A DNA stretch of 64,000 nt, taken from contig OZ024747.1 of assembly GCA_964016885.1 (NCBI GenBank), positions 61,504,001-61,568,000 on the forward strand, in the 5' to 3' direction. A program made the position numbers and the translations under genes. The notes under the pieces were generated by a model that was not told the origin of the DNA, searched no databases, and saw only the letters and a list, made by a program, of their open reading frames with translations. Source of the stretch: Eledone cirrhosa (taxonomy: Eukaryota). Shown here one piece after another: positions 13,143 through 25,713 of this stretch. How positions within the stretch are numbered: the stretch's first letter is position 1; each line of letters opens with the position of its first letter.

Positions 13143-13414
13143 ACATAATTTCTCAGTTTTATATGTATTCAAATACAATCTCACTTCATCTCGATCAGAG
13201 ACAACTTTGTTTTTTCATTTATATCATCATCATCATCATCATAATTTTACGTCCGCTTTTCCCTGCTTGCAAGGGTATATATATATATATATATATGAGT
13301 TTGAATTATTTTTCCCACATCTTACGTTAACTATTTTTCCCATTTTGATGCTATAGTCACTTATATATTATGGAATACTGTTGGCTTTTTGCTACAATAT
13401 TTTCTATACCTTTC

Positions 13415-13473
<59 letters not shown>

Positions 13474-14044
13474 TATATACCCATACACACAGAGTGAGTG
13501 TTTACATTTAAACAAGAAAGATAGCAGAAGCATTAAAAAAAGTGTCAAATCAACTTAATAGAAAGTTTAGATGGATGAGTTTGCTTGAAGCAGATAAGTT
13601 TGTAGTGGCAAAACTATCTAAATTAATCTCATTTCATCTGGAGTGGTTTTGACCAACTTTAAATGATGACCGCTATGAAATTCTAAAATGTGGCTGAAAT
13701 CACCTCTTTCCATTTGGTTTGTTTGGGTTTTTTTTTTGTTGTTTGGTTCTTGTTTTGTTTTTTAAATAACATTTCTATCTTGTTTGTATTGAAGATTTTC
13801 TTCACAAAATTTCCTAAACCCTCCATAATCTCTCTGTCTGTTGTTATCGTAGTTTTGCCAGTTTAAATGATATTAATGTTACTTCAGGAGCGACAACATA
13901 AGAAGGTGATTTAACTAACATCTTTTAATGAAACAAATAAAATGATGACAAATTGAGAAAACAAACCCCAAAAAATAAATAATGCATTATACAGAATTTT
14001 TTTTTTTTAACATGTGTGTATATGAGTGAGATGGTATATAGGCC

Positions 14045-14405
14045 TATATGTATAGAAGGTGGCATCTGTATGTATAGAGGGAGGCATGTATGTGTATAGA
14101 AGGTGGCATGTGTGTGTATAGAGGGAGGCATGTGTGTGTATAGAGGGAGGCATGTGTGTGTGTATAGAGGGAGGCATGTGTTGTGTATACAGGGAGGCAT
14201 GTGTGTGTATACAGGGAGGCAGAGGCATGTGTGTATACAGAGATGCATGTGTGTATACAGAGATGCATGTGTGTATACAGAGATGCATGTGTGTATACAG
14301 AGAGGCATGTATGTGTATACAGAGAGGCATGTGTGTGTATACAAGGAGGCATGTGTGTGTATACAGGGAGGCAGAGGCATGTGTGTGTATACAGGTGTGT
14401 ATACA
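14045..14405. repeat. ~20-28 bp minisatellite gcatgtgtgtgtatacagggag
   Basis: Direct reading; abuts a family A SINE head (14406-14492, -) and a CR1 3'UTR (14497-14700, -). Confidence 0.85.
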
Positions 14406-14875
14406 GGATTTGAACTCAGAATGGCAAGGGCCGTAACTCTATGCGTCAAAGCATGGCGTCTGACCCTCTACCGATACTGCCAATCCGCCACCAAATAATA
14501 ATGAAAATTATTGTGTACAGTGCTCAGGTGCACTACAACTCATCAAATGTGCGTGTATAGTACATAGAATAATGTACAAATGTCAGGAAAATGAACAGTG
14601 TAGGAGACATGATATACACACAGACACAGACACAGATGTATGCATGTATATGGAGGGGGAATATCAGGTGTAGTGTTGGTGAATTTCGGGAAACATGGCA
14701 GTTTTGGCAGACAAGTTATCTCCAGGACAGTATATTGCCAATCTTTTTAGTTCTTTGTCAATGCTGTCATGAGGTTCAGTTACTTAAAGTCAGTCTTCAA
14801 TACTTCATCCTATCTTCCTAAATTTACCTCTTGCGCAATTCTCATCGACTGAAATTTCTTAGCACTTTATATATA

Positions 14876-14910
<35 letters not shown>

Positions 14911-14918
<8 letters not shown>

Positions 14919-15359
14919 TAAAACATGTCTATAGAATCACCAGATAAAATATATACCATTTCCTCTCCCAATTAGCATAATTAACCATATAAAAAATCAA
15001 TTAGACCAAGCTATAAGAATAAAGGCTCCTATGAAGAAATCTCCGACAAATAACCGAAAGCAGCCCCTTCGCGGCGGTTACGACGGATATTTCGACAGCA
15101 TGTATGAATCAACCAGATATACAGTCAACTAAACAGAATTAGGTGTAAATTCATACATGCTGTCGAAATATTCGATAAATAATCCGTCGTAACCGCCGCG
15201 AAGGGGCTGCTTTCGGTTATTTGTCGGAGATTTCTTCATAGGAGCCTTTATTCTTATAGCTTGGTCTAATTGATTTTTTATATGGTTAATTATGCTAATT
15301 GGGCGAGGAAACGGTATATATTTTATCTGGTGATTCTGTGGATATGTTTTATGATATAT
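14911..15359. repeat. ~200 bp near-perfect inverted repeat beside (TA)n, ~40 bp spacer
   Basis: cataaaacat...gcatgtatgaat matches attcatacatgc...atgttttatg in reverse complement. Confidence 0.9.
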
Positions 15360-15750
15360 AGCTCTGATTATTTAATTTATTAATTCTTCATTGAGCCACA
15401 AAGTGACCCGTTGCAAAACACATATATTTATGACTTTATATATATATATGTAAACCTTTATATATATATATATTTTATATCGGTAATTAGATTACCGATA
15501 TAAAAGACACAGAAGTGAAAAGCGAAAACCAACCAAACAGTGAGTGTGTTCTGTTATTAATTCTGGCAATATTACACAAATATGACTCTCCCCAAGTATA
15601 ACAATATATATATATATATATAATCATATACCAGCAGGACTAGATTACAGGATGGACTAGGTGCATTATGCCATGGCACCAGCACAACTACCTTACTTAT
15701 ATAATTATATATATATATATATCAAAGGAATTTGAAGCATTGTATATGGT

Positions 15751-16087
15751 ATAAAGAATTCAAAGTTGGAAAGCCACGACAATGCAGGTTTGGATGGAAA
15801 ATAATTAAATCATAAGAAACAGGTGTTGCTTTTTACCTTAATTTATCCATATGACCTGATATTTCGAGATCAATATCTTTTCTTCCGAGGAAAATAAAGG
15901 AGCTATTCCATTGTCTGATGTGGCTGTCTCTACTATGCTGGCAAGCCGCATCGGACACTGGAATAGTTACTTAATTTTCCTCGGAAGAAGAGATATTAAT
16001 CTCGAAACATCAGGACATATAAATAAATTAAGGTAAAAAACAACCTTTCCATCCAAACCCACATTGTCATGGCTTTTAAACTTCGAA

Positions 16088-16095
<8 letters not shown>
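15751..16095. mobile_element. Imperfect palindromic element in (TA)n with two divergent hammerhead-like motifs
   Basis: Arms pair around ~15930; + strand 15978-16015 tcct CGGAAGA a-gaga-tattaa-tctc GAAA catc agga; inverted copy 15854-15891. Confidence 0.7.
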
Positions 16096-16126
<31 letters not shown>

Positions 16127-16162
16127 GTTAAAACAATCAAATCTTAGTTTAATACATTTATT

Positions 16163-16209
16163 TGCTGATGGCTGTTTCTTCCAGAGGGATGTCTGGAATC
16201 ATCAGAGCA
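16163..16209 (-). ncRNA. Type I hammerhead ribozyme with decayed stem III
   Basis: Minus strand tgct CTGATGA ttccaga-catccc-tctggaa GAAA cagccatc agca; stem III is consistent with CpG decay of palindromic ACGGCCGU. Confidence 0.75.
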
Positions 16210-17094
16210 TAGGGAATGTCTAAACAGGTGATTCAAATCCTAGTCTTCAGAACATTTAGGCAGATACATAAGTGTTGTCAGTGTCCTAGACATCATGTAG
16301 AGAATCGGGAGTTAAAAGAGTGTTATGCTTCAGAGAACTCAATGGTGAAAAGTGCAAAAGGTACAAACAAAAAAAGTTACAAGCAAGAGAAAATGTAAGA
16401 TAGGATAGACATAAGATATCATAGCATTGGAGATCGGATAATATTAAGGGTATATAATGCAAGAGTCAATACAATCAATAAGGCATGTATGAGGAAAGAG
16501 TTATATTACAGCTGAAATAAGCATATTTCGTGTAGACTATCAAAGCATGTTATGAGTGTTAGAAATGTTTAAATTTTTTTAAATGGCGTGCTATATGGTA
16601 GGGAGGCATATGGTGATAAAATAGGTATATGTTCTGTGAGATGTAATGCAGAGCACGTGATTGAATTGGATAGGTAATTTTCATTCAAAAATGTTTATAT
16701 TGGAGTTCGTATATAGATGTATATGTTGGGTGTAACTCAGATGTATTAACCATGGAATTTTCTTAGTTTTAGATGTAATTTTTTTGAGATGTGTGTAGTT
16801 TATAGATATGTGTTTGGTAAAAGTAAATTCACCGAATTACAGGCCATGTTGTTATAGTAAGTATATTATACTATGGATTCCTATCCTCAAATTTTCTATT
16901 AAGGAATATTAGGGTTTGCTTTATGTGCGATTTGCATTAATCGTTATTAGGCTGCTGATAAGCCGTTAAGTTGTTTTAATTTAGTACTTAGTACTTACAT
17001 ATTTATAATTGTATATTAAACATATATAAGTATAAATATTATTATTATTACTATATATATATACACATATATGTAGTTATGTATTTATATATAT

Positions 17095-17543
17095 GACAGC
17101 TGCATAAAAAGGTGCAGAGCACTAGAAGCCATGGAGTGGAGAGACCGAAAAAGACCTGGGATGAGGTGATAAAAGCCGACCTTACCCAATTCTACCTCTC
17201 AACGGCGATGACACATGACTTACCATGGGTACAGCCGAAGCTGAAGCATATAGACAATATGCCCCCACCGCCTCCCACTGCAAAGTGGTCGTGGAGGTGC
17301 CATGGCAAAAAAACACTCAGCTCACACTGTAAAGTGGACGTGCAGGCGCCACGAAAAAAGGCACGCAGCACTCACTGTAAATGAGGTTGGTGTTAGGAAG
17401 GGCACCCAGCTGTAAAAATCAAGCCAGAATCAGTTTTAGTATGAGCAAGACAAGATCAGCCGACCGGACACTGTCCACAACAGGACAACCCGACTAACCC
17501 ATGCTAGCGTGGAAGAACGGACATAAAACGGTGATGATGATAA
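17095..17543 (+). mobile_element. RTE LINE 3' end
   Basis: Translates RPKKTWDEVIKADL; tail shared with family B SINE; ends (gat)n. Confidence 0.85.
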
Positions 17544-17616
17544 TATATATATGCACATATATGTAGTTATTTATATATATATATATATACAGTTTTTTTT
17601 TACACATACACACACG

Positions 17617-17652
<36 letters not shown>

Positions 17653-17895
17653 TAAATTAGCAAGAATCATATTTCAGCTATTGGAAATTAGCGAAAAACA
17701 ACTTCCGAGATGTGTGGCAAGCGCTCCATAGAAGCTAGTGAACTAGAGCTACAACATAAGTTAAAAGGCCAAACAAACTGAGACGATGGTTAAACCATTA
17801 TCTGCACAGCCATAGAAACGACCAAGTAATTCGGGTCAAACAAATAAAATATGATTGAAAATTATACCCGGACCCCTAGAAGGTTGAGTGCTAGA

Positions 17896-18031
17896 AGGTA
17901 AAATGACACAAACAAGAGATGGATAGTTTCCCTTTGTCAATGATCTACTACGGGTCACGGATGTTTCGGTGACCCATAGAAGACAACTGACGAAAGGAAA
18001 CTGTCCATCTCTTGTTTGTGTTGCCTTACCT
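17896..18031. repeat. ~135 bp hairpin within a TA-embedded element
   Basis: acacaaacaagagatggatagtttcc pairs with ggaaactgtccatctcttgtttgtgt; inner gggtcac/gtgaccc. Confidence 0.85.
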
Positions 18032-19132
18032 ACTAACATTCGTTATCAGTAACCACACAGCCTCGTCTCACTCGGTTCATATTTTTATACATATATATAT
18101 ATATATATATATGTTTGTATACATATAAGTGTGTATATGTGCAGACACTCAACACACACACTCTCTCTCTGTGATGTATGTATTTATGTATACACACAAT
18201 TTATCTCTATATATAACACTTTTGTAAAGAACATTTCTACAGAAATGTTCTTTATTGCTAGAATAATTTGCTCTCACTTTGATGACTGTCTTGTAAACTA
18301 TCTTAATATTAGGAGTGAATATCTGACATTAAAGTGTAAACACATCAAAGTCTGTTGATTCACACTGAAATCTTCAAAAATAATTCCTGTAGAATAAAAC
18401 AAAATATATAAAAGTCCCAAGGAAAAATAAATCAAAATTGAATAAAGAAAATAAAATTAGAAAATTGCATAAGACTTGTAGTGAGTTATGTAATAAACTG
18501 AAATCTTGGTTCAAACAACAACAAATGTTTTAAGGCTATTTTCCCAGCTAAAGCAACCCCATGACAACTTCTCCATTTTTTCCCTATCATCTGCATCTCT
18601 GAAACCAACCCTCTGTTTTTTATACTTCCTCCTTCATAACCTCCAGCCATGTCTTTGGTCTACCCTTTTCTCTACTTCCATGTTTATTTGTCATTCCTCT
18701 CACCTACCTCTTTCATTATTCAATACATCTCCTATGTCTCCTAGTTTTATAAAGGATGTTTTCACAACTTCCATTATCACATCATTCCCAAGATCCAGCT
18801 CTCCATCTATAGCTTATCAATACATGAACAACAAATGAAAGTTAGATTCACATTCCTTTGAGATGGATTGGATGTAAGGAAAGTTTTTAATCAGAACTAA
18901 TTCTTTTGATACCAAACTACTTGAAACTGCCTCTGGTTCTATGATACAAAACTATTTATTTTAAAGTGTATATCATCATCACGTTTACATTGATTTTTCC
19001 ATGTTGGCATTGGTTGGATGGAACTTTTTAAGATAATATTTTACAGTTAGATGCCCTTCTTGCCACAAACCCTTTTAGTTATTTCTTACACCACTCAAAA
19101 ATATAGAATCTGTTCTAAACCAGATACTCATG

Positions 19133-19175
<43 letters not shown>

Positions 19176-19199
19176 AGGGGGTTGGGGGGGGCTTTCTCG

Positions 19200-19360
19200 T
19201 CCCCTCAATCTTTCTATTTCTTTTTAAATTTCTCATTATTCTAATGAAGGACTAGCATCCGAAACGTTAAGACCCTCTTCCTGCTATTTCAAGTGTTAAA
19301 TTAATATATTCCTTCTATATACTGTACTGTTTGTTTTGTTATTTCTGTTAACCTTTTACA
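19200..19360 (+). mobile_element. Penelope-pLTR-like fragment with mutated hammerhead (19237-19272)
   Basis: tatt CTAATGA a-gga-ctagca-tcc GAAA cgtt aaga; paralogue at 22100-22250. Confidence 0.65.
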
Positions 19361-19954
19361 TACATATATATACTTCATTTCTGTATTTGCTTTGCAGAAT
19401 TTCTTATCTGAAAACATGTGTTGATGTGTTGAACTCAGAACATATACTATACTACTAAACCCAACACTCTAACAAAAATCTGCCAATCCACAACACTTAA
19501 GTATCTATAAAATAAAGTCAATAAAGTAACAGGCCAAATAATTCTCTGGGCATAATTAATGGATTCAGTTCCTACAGTAATCTAATTAGTGATAGATGTG
19601 GCCAAGTAGTCTAGCTAGGAAGTATTCTGGTTAGAAAAGGAAGGAAAATAGCAGGGAATTGTTACATCTGTCTAATAACAAAAGGTTTCCTATTCTATGT
19701 GAAAGAAATGTCTTGCAACAGTGAGACAGACATTTGATCTGTTTAATACCAAACTGCCTAAAACTGCCGCTGGTTATATGATACTAAGCTGTTAATTTTA
19801 AAGTGTTTATATTTACCTAAAAACCTTCCATCATTATTTTATGTAAGAACCTTTGTTAAGTTATGTTCCAAACATCCCTGGTTCTAAGATACTAAGCTGT
19901 TTATTTCGAAGTGACTATATTTATTTAAAACCTTTCCATCATTATTTTATGTAA

Positions 19955-20135
19955 CTGGCAGTATCGGTAGTGAGTCGGACGCCATGCTTTGAAGCATAGA
20001 GTTACGTCCCTTTATGATCTGAGTTCAAATCCCGCTGAGGTTAACTTTGCCTTTCATCCTTACGGGGTCGCTAAAATAAAGTACCAGTAATGTACTGGGT
20101 AATTGCTGGCCTTATGCCAAAAGTAGAAACAATTA
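19955..20135 (+). mobile_element. SINE family A with target site duplication
   Basis: Flanked by attattttatgtaac on both sides. Confidence 0.9.
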
Positions 20136-20455
20136 TTTTATGTAACCTTTGTTAAGTTATGTTTCAAACATGCCCTGGTTCTACGATACTAAGCTGTATA
20201 TTTTAAAGTGTTTATATTTACCCAAAATCCTTCCATCATAATTTTATATAAAAACATTTAAGTTATTTTACAAACACTAGCTTAATAATGAGAAAGATAA
20301 CTTTATCACTAAATCCCTTCAAATTCTTGATTATATTCAAAATTATTTGAAAGTTAAAGGCATTGGACAGGACTTTTTGAGGTAATGTCTTACAGCTAGA
20401 CATTCTTCATGAAACGTACCTATTTTATACCAAATACACATGGCACACACACACG

Positions 20456-20502
<47 letters not shown>

Positions 20503-20504
<2 letters not shown>

Positions 20505-20612
20505 CGAAGGAAATGTGGTAAGGAACCAGGTGGACCATAACGCACCAGAATTCTAGTCCAGAATTAGCCGTCGAAACGGCTTGGGCTCAGCCCTCGGGGT
20601 CCTACTCGTTCC
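20503..20612. mobile_element. Small GC-rich repeat inserted in (TA)n
   Basis: Inverted, slightly longer homologue at 38322-38464; hairpin agccgt-cgaa-acggct. Confidence 0.75.
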
Positions 20613-20784
20613 TATATATATATATATATATATATATATCCTCATCACCACTTCTGAGCATTAAAGAAGCTATTTTTACTTCTCTATACCTAATCATCCC
20701 AACATCAATAATTCATTCATCCTTTATAGTTTTAGTGAGGGGAATTCTGATTATTATCCTCATTGTTATTATCATCATCATCAT

Positions 20785-20905
20785 CAATAGTGGCAGTAGT
20801 AGTAGTAGTTGTAGTGGTGGTGGTGGTAGTAAGAGTAGTAGGAACAGTGGCAGTAGTAATAGTAGCAGCAGCTGTAGTACTAGTATTAGTGGTAGAGAGC
20901 AACAA

Positions 20906-20941
<36 letters not shown>

Positions 20942-20999
20942 CAGCAGCACTAGAAGTACTAGTAATAGTAGAAGTAGTAGTAGTAATAGGAAGAGGAAC

Positions 21000-21037
<38 letters not shown>

Positions 21038-21050
21038 CAGCAATGGTGAT
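20785..21050. repeat. (AGT)n tract
   Basis: Direct reading. Confidence 0.95.
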
Positions 21051-21373
21051 GTGAATGGATATAATAATTAAAGGAATGTAATCGCTTCAGAGAGCAATAA
21101 TGGTGGAACAATATGAGTGCTGTTAGTACATGTGCACTTGAGCTAGCACCGATAATTGCAGTCTTAAAGAAAAGAGACAATAATAGCAATAAATAGAACT
21201 GCTCACACACAACACAAACGGGCTTATTGGCAGCTGTCATAGTAAAACCATTAGAATAAAACCAGCGTTATTGTTTACAGCACTGACCGATTTCTTGCTG
21301 GTAATTTTGGAAGTGTAGTTTTCCCATTCTCACTGGTTATGGCAAAACAGCATTGATTTCATTTCCTTTCATT

Positions 21374-21890
21374 GGGCGGGGGATTGGCAGTATCGGTAGA
21401 GGGTCTGATGCCATGCTTTGCAGCATAGAGTTACGGCCTTTTGCAGTCTGAGTTCAAATCCCGCCGAGGTTAACTTTGCCTGTCATCCTTACGGGGGTCA
21501 GTAAAATAAAGTACCAGTAATTCACTGGGATAATTGCTGGCCTTGTGCCAAAAGTAGAAACAATTATTATTGGTTATTGAACAAAGTTATTTTAAACTCA
21601 CAACAATATTATATTACTGGTACTTATCTAATCAACTAACCATAAAACTACCATTTTTGTTGGTGTGTGTGTAATAATGGTTCCTGATTTAGGCACAAGG
21701 CCAGAAATTTTACTGGTGGGGAAAGTCGATTAAATTGACCCCAGTGTATGATTGGTACTTTATTTTATTGACCCCATAAGGATGAAAGGTGAAGTTATCC
21801 TTGGCAGGATTTGAAATCAGAACGGAAAGGGCCATAACTCTCTGTTGTGAAGTAAGGTATCTGACGCTTTATCCATACTGCCAATCCACA
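21374..21890. mobile_element. Two family A-type SINEs (21374-21570 +; 21675-21890 -)
   Basis: Family A head and body motifs. Confidence 0.85.
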
Positions 21891-22099
21891 GCCTTTTTCT
21901 TGTGTATAATACAAGAAATTTTGAATTAAAATTAAAGGGAAAAAGATGGGTGTATAATATAGCTAAATAAGCTATAGTTTAGGATCACACACCCTCAAGG
22001 GATTCATTTAAAAAAATATATTTTTATCATTAGTCTTTATTCTTTCACACTAAATATATATATATATATGTATATATATATCCCAATTCCACACTGCCC

Positions 22100-22250
22100 A
22101 TCCCTCAATCTATCTAATTTCTCATTCTTTCTTCTGATGAAGGACTAGCGTTGCAAACGCTAAGACCCGCTTCCTGCTATTTCAAGCGTTAACCTAATAT
22201 ATTCCTTCCATATACTATACCATTTATGTCCTTATTTCTGTTTACCTTTT
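22100..22250 (+). mobile_element. Penelope-pLTR-like fragment with mutated hammerhead (22130-22165)
   Basis: tctt CTGATGA aggactagcgttg CAAA cgct aaga; paralogue of 19200-19360. Confidence 0.65.
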
Positions 22251-22309
22251 ACATATATATATATTATTTATTCTTTATCATTAACATTCATATAAAAATA
22301 ATAATCATA

Positions 22310-23360
22310 GGCAAGCTATCTAAGAACGTAAATTTTATATGTGGCCGATGCTCAGGTGCAATAAGTAGCTCCTTCTATTGCCCAAATGGTTCTATAGAAA
22401 TAGTGCCACTTTCCGTTACCTGGGTGACAAAATCAGCAGTATGGAGGGTTCTCTGAAAATACAGTAGCCAGAGTTAGAACGGGATGGAAAAAGTTCAGAG
22501 AGCTTATACCGCTGTTGGCCACTAAAGGTGTCTCTCTAGAAATGAAAGGCAGATTGTATGATGCTTGTATATGAACAGCAATGTTACATGGTAGTGAGAC
22601 ATGGGCATTGTGTGCAGAGGACCTGCGCAGACTGGAAAGGAACGAAGTATGCATGCTCCGCTGGATGTGTAATAGTAATATACACGAAGAGCAAAACATA
22701 AATGAACTAAGTGAGAAATTAGGAATAAGAGGGATCAGATGCTGTTTACTTGAGAGAAGACTACGTTGGTATGGTCAACATGATGCGCATGAAAGACAAC
22801 AGCTGTATAAAAAAGTGCAGGGCGATCAAAATTGATGGAAGTTACGGAGTAGGCAGACCCAGAAAAACCCATGATAAATTCTGACCTTGCACACTTACAC
22901 CTCTCTAAGACATTGTCACTGGATTGAAATCTTTGGTGCCACGCAGTAATACAGAAGACCCGCCTTCACTACGTGCAAAGTTAACCTACAGTCAGAAAGG
23001 CCCCTCCAAACCAAACATGCACCCCAACCCACTACCCCTATGCCAACACCACCCTTTCGCTATAAAGTTATGTTGGTACCACAACATCCAGTCCAAACAA
23101 ATGAGGTTGTGTACGTGTCACGACAAAAAAAAACGCAGTCCACGCTGTAATGGGACCATGTAGGTAACACGGTAAATAGCTCCCAGTCCACACTGTAAAT
23201 GTGGTTGGTGTTAGGAAGGGCATCCAGCTGTAGAAAACCTGCCAGATAGTCCTATACAAGTGAGACACGGTCACCCGACCAATCTTACCTCAAGAGGGAC
23301 AATTCCCATCTAACCCATGCTAGTGTGGAAGATGGACATTAAATTATGATGATGATGATG
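22310..23360 (+). pseudogene. 5'-truncated RTE-clade LINE: RT C-terminus plus 3'UTR
   Basis: FRYLGDKI...ARVRTGWKKFRELIPLL...MLHGSETWAL...MLRWMC...RRLRWYG...GRPRKT with stop and frameshifts; ends (tga)n. Confidence 0.92.
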
Positions 23361-24126
23361 AATTATGATAAAACTTTTTTAGCAAGCTATATTTAGAGAA
23401 GGGCCTCAAATTTCATAAAGCTTAGGGCCTCAGCAGCTGAAAGTTTGGCCCTGATGATACATGAGTACGTGCTTTCAGAAATGTTTACAAAGTTTAAAAA
23501 TACTCACTTCAACAAAAAAATGTTAACCAGTTGTTATACATTCTTTAATGACATGAGAAGCTGAATATTGTGGTGAAATACATATATAAAATCTAGCTTT
23601 TGATGGATAACATCATATCATCATTTAACATTTATTTTCCATGATTACATGGGTTAGACAGGTTGTCATGAGTCAATTCCTGTAGGTGACCACATCTTGA
23701 TTATACAATCAAATTTTGGTTTGGCTTCTTTCTACAGCTGAATATCTTTCTTGATGTCAACCACATTACAGCAAGTATTGGGACCATTTTTTTGTGGCAC
23801 CTTCACTACCACCTTTACATAAATATTTACAGACATGACCTGTACTCTGGGGTCACATTATACACAAGGAAGTAAATTATTCCTTTTTTTTTTTAGCTTC
23901 AGAAAAAGGACTTGTATAATACCCAAGTAATATTATATACAAAGAAATATGGTTGTCATAACTAGTCATAAAAAGTCGTCTTTACTTACACACTGCCAAC
24001 CACCTTTTGAAAAAACATGCATGGCACAACATCTCATTTCTCCTTGCCTCTAAAATGTATTGCCTCTGTATCTAATCAAAAAGACAGCAGTAATGAGTAT
24101 AGCAGCTTTGAAATTTACTGGTTTAA

Positions 24127-24343
24127 CCCTTCAGCATTTAAACCGGGCATATCCAGCCAGAATTCTCCATCTTTCTTTTCAAACCAGTTGTAACTAGCTG
24201 CTCAACCCAGCGTTAAGTTATTATTCTCAAAATAAATATCAAAATCTCACAGATTCAATGTTATACGAGATAATTATGTGAGATAAAGCCTTTTCCGTGA
24301 AAACACAATAGTGTAAATATAGAGTAATGTGAATGCTAAAGTG
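24127..24343. mobile_element. piggyBac-type MITE
   Basis: TTAA on both sides; cccttcagcattt...aatgctaaagtg. Confidence 0.85.
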
Positions 24344-25140
24344 TTAACTATATAATGTGAATCTAAATATCTTTATCGTTACTATCTCAGAATTGGCAAA
24401 AGTATTAGACTATTAGGAAACTAAATCTCACAACAGAGGTGACAAATGACTGCGAGGACTGGCAACATTCTGCATTGGAGAAAACTCTACTGCCAGTGAA
24501 AAAAATGTGACCTTTCTAGTGTTGGTGTTCTACACAATAAATGCACCCAGTACACTCTGTAAAGTGATTGGTGATACGAAGATCATCTTAGCTGCAAAAT
24601 GTAAAAACGAACCTACCAAAGAAAAGGTTGGAAGGACTCTTCAGCAATGTAAAAAAAAATGACAACTTCCCTAATACTGGTTGTTGTCATTGTCATTGCT
24701 GCTGCTACTGCCTTCTTCTTCTCCATCTTGTTCATCATCTTATCTTGCTTCACTTACTTATTTCTGGGAGGGTCCTGGCAATGTTGAGGCCATCATTGCT
24801 TTAGATGGGCAGCTCACACCAGCCACATCAATAGCATCTGACTACTAAGTCAATGTTTGTAGAAGGAAATCAGGCAGAGGGATGCAGTCAGGTGGCTGCC
24901 CCATGGAAAGCTACAAAGACCAACTAAAACTTGACTAGTTACGACAACCATATTTCTTTGTATTCTCCGACACTCAATGAATTCTGCCAATATTACTTGG
25001 GTATTATGCAAGTCTTTTTTCTGAAGCTAAAAATATGTATTACATTCTTGTGTATAATATGACTTTGTGTATATATATGCAGTATGACCGTATTGAAACG
25101 AACGTAGAAATTAAAGAATAAATTTGAATTGTTCATTTAA

Positions 25141-25347
25141 CCCTTTAATGTTCAAACCGGCCAAAACCGGCCAGAATTCTTTACCTTTTTCTGTTCAAAC
25201 TGGCTGTAACTGGTTGCTCAAACTGATGTTAAGGTATTGTTCTCAAAATAAATAATATCAAGATTTTGTAGATTCGATATTATGCGAGATAAAGCCTTTA
25301 CCATGAAAATATAATAGTATATATAGAGTAATGTGAATGCTAAAGGG
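25141..25347. mobile_element. piggyBac-type MITE
   Basis: TTAA on both sides; cccttta...taaaggg. Confidence 0.9.
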
Positions 25348-25631
25348 TTAAATATATATGTATATTCAATATACCAACCCAAATTAAACAGTGAGTGTGT
25401 TCTGTTATTATTTCTGGCAATATTATAACAATATATATATATACATATATATCCCACCCTTGCAGGCAAGGAAAAGCGGACATAAAATAATGATGATCAT
25501 ATACATTATATATATATATATATATATATATAGTGGTAGGACACTGGAAGGTAATATCCGTAGTGGTAGAGCACTCAGTCCATGGGACGAGTTAGGTAGA
25601 AGTGGTAACACAACAGTTAGTTCACCATACT

Positions 25632-25667
25632 GAGAACAATTGTTTCACCTTAGCGGATCCTCAGCTC
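25632..25667 (-). ncRNA. Minimal type I hammerhead ribozyme
   Basis: Minus strand gag CTGAGGA t-cc-gctaa-gg-t GAAA caattgtt ctc; palindromic stem III ACAAUUGU, GUU site. Confidence 0.75.
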
Positions 25668-25677
25668 GTAAATTTAT

Positions 25678-25713
25678 GAGCTGAGGATCTACTAAGGTGA
25701 AACAATTGTTCTC
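25678..25713 (+). ncRNA. Minimal type I hammerhead ribozyme
   Basis: gag CTGAGGA tctactaaggt GAAA caattgtt ctc. Confidence 0.7.

Noticed and set aside
15050-15105. HDV-like fold around gcc-ccttcgc-ggc
   Set aside because: No downstream P2 partner or catalytic junction; only a simple hairpin
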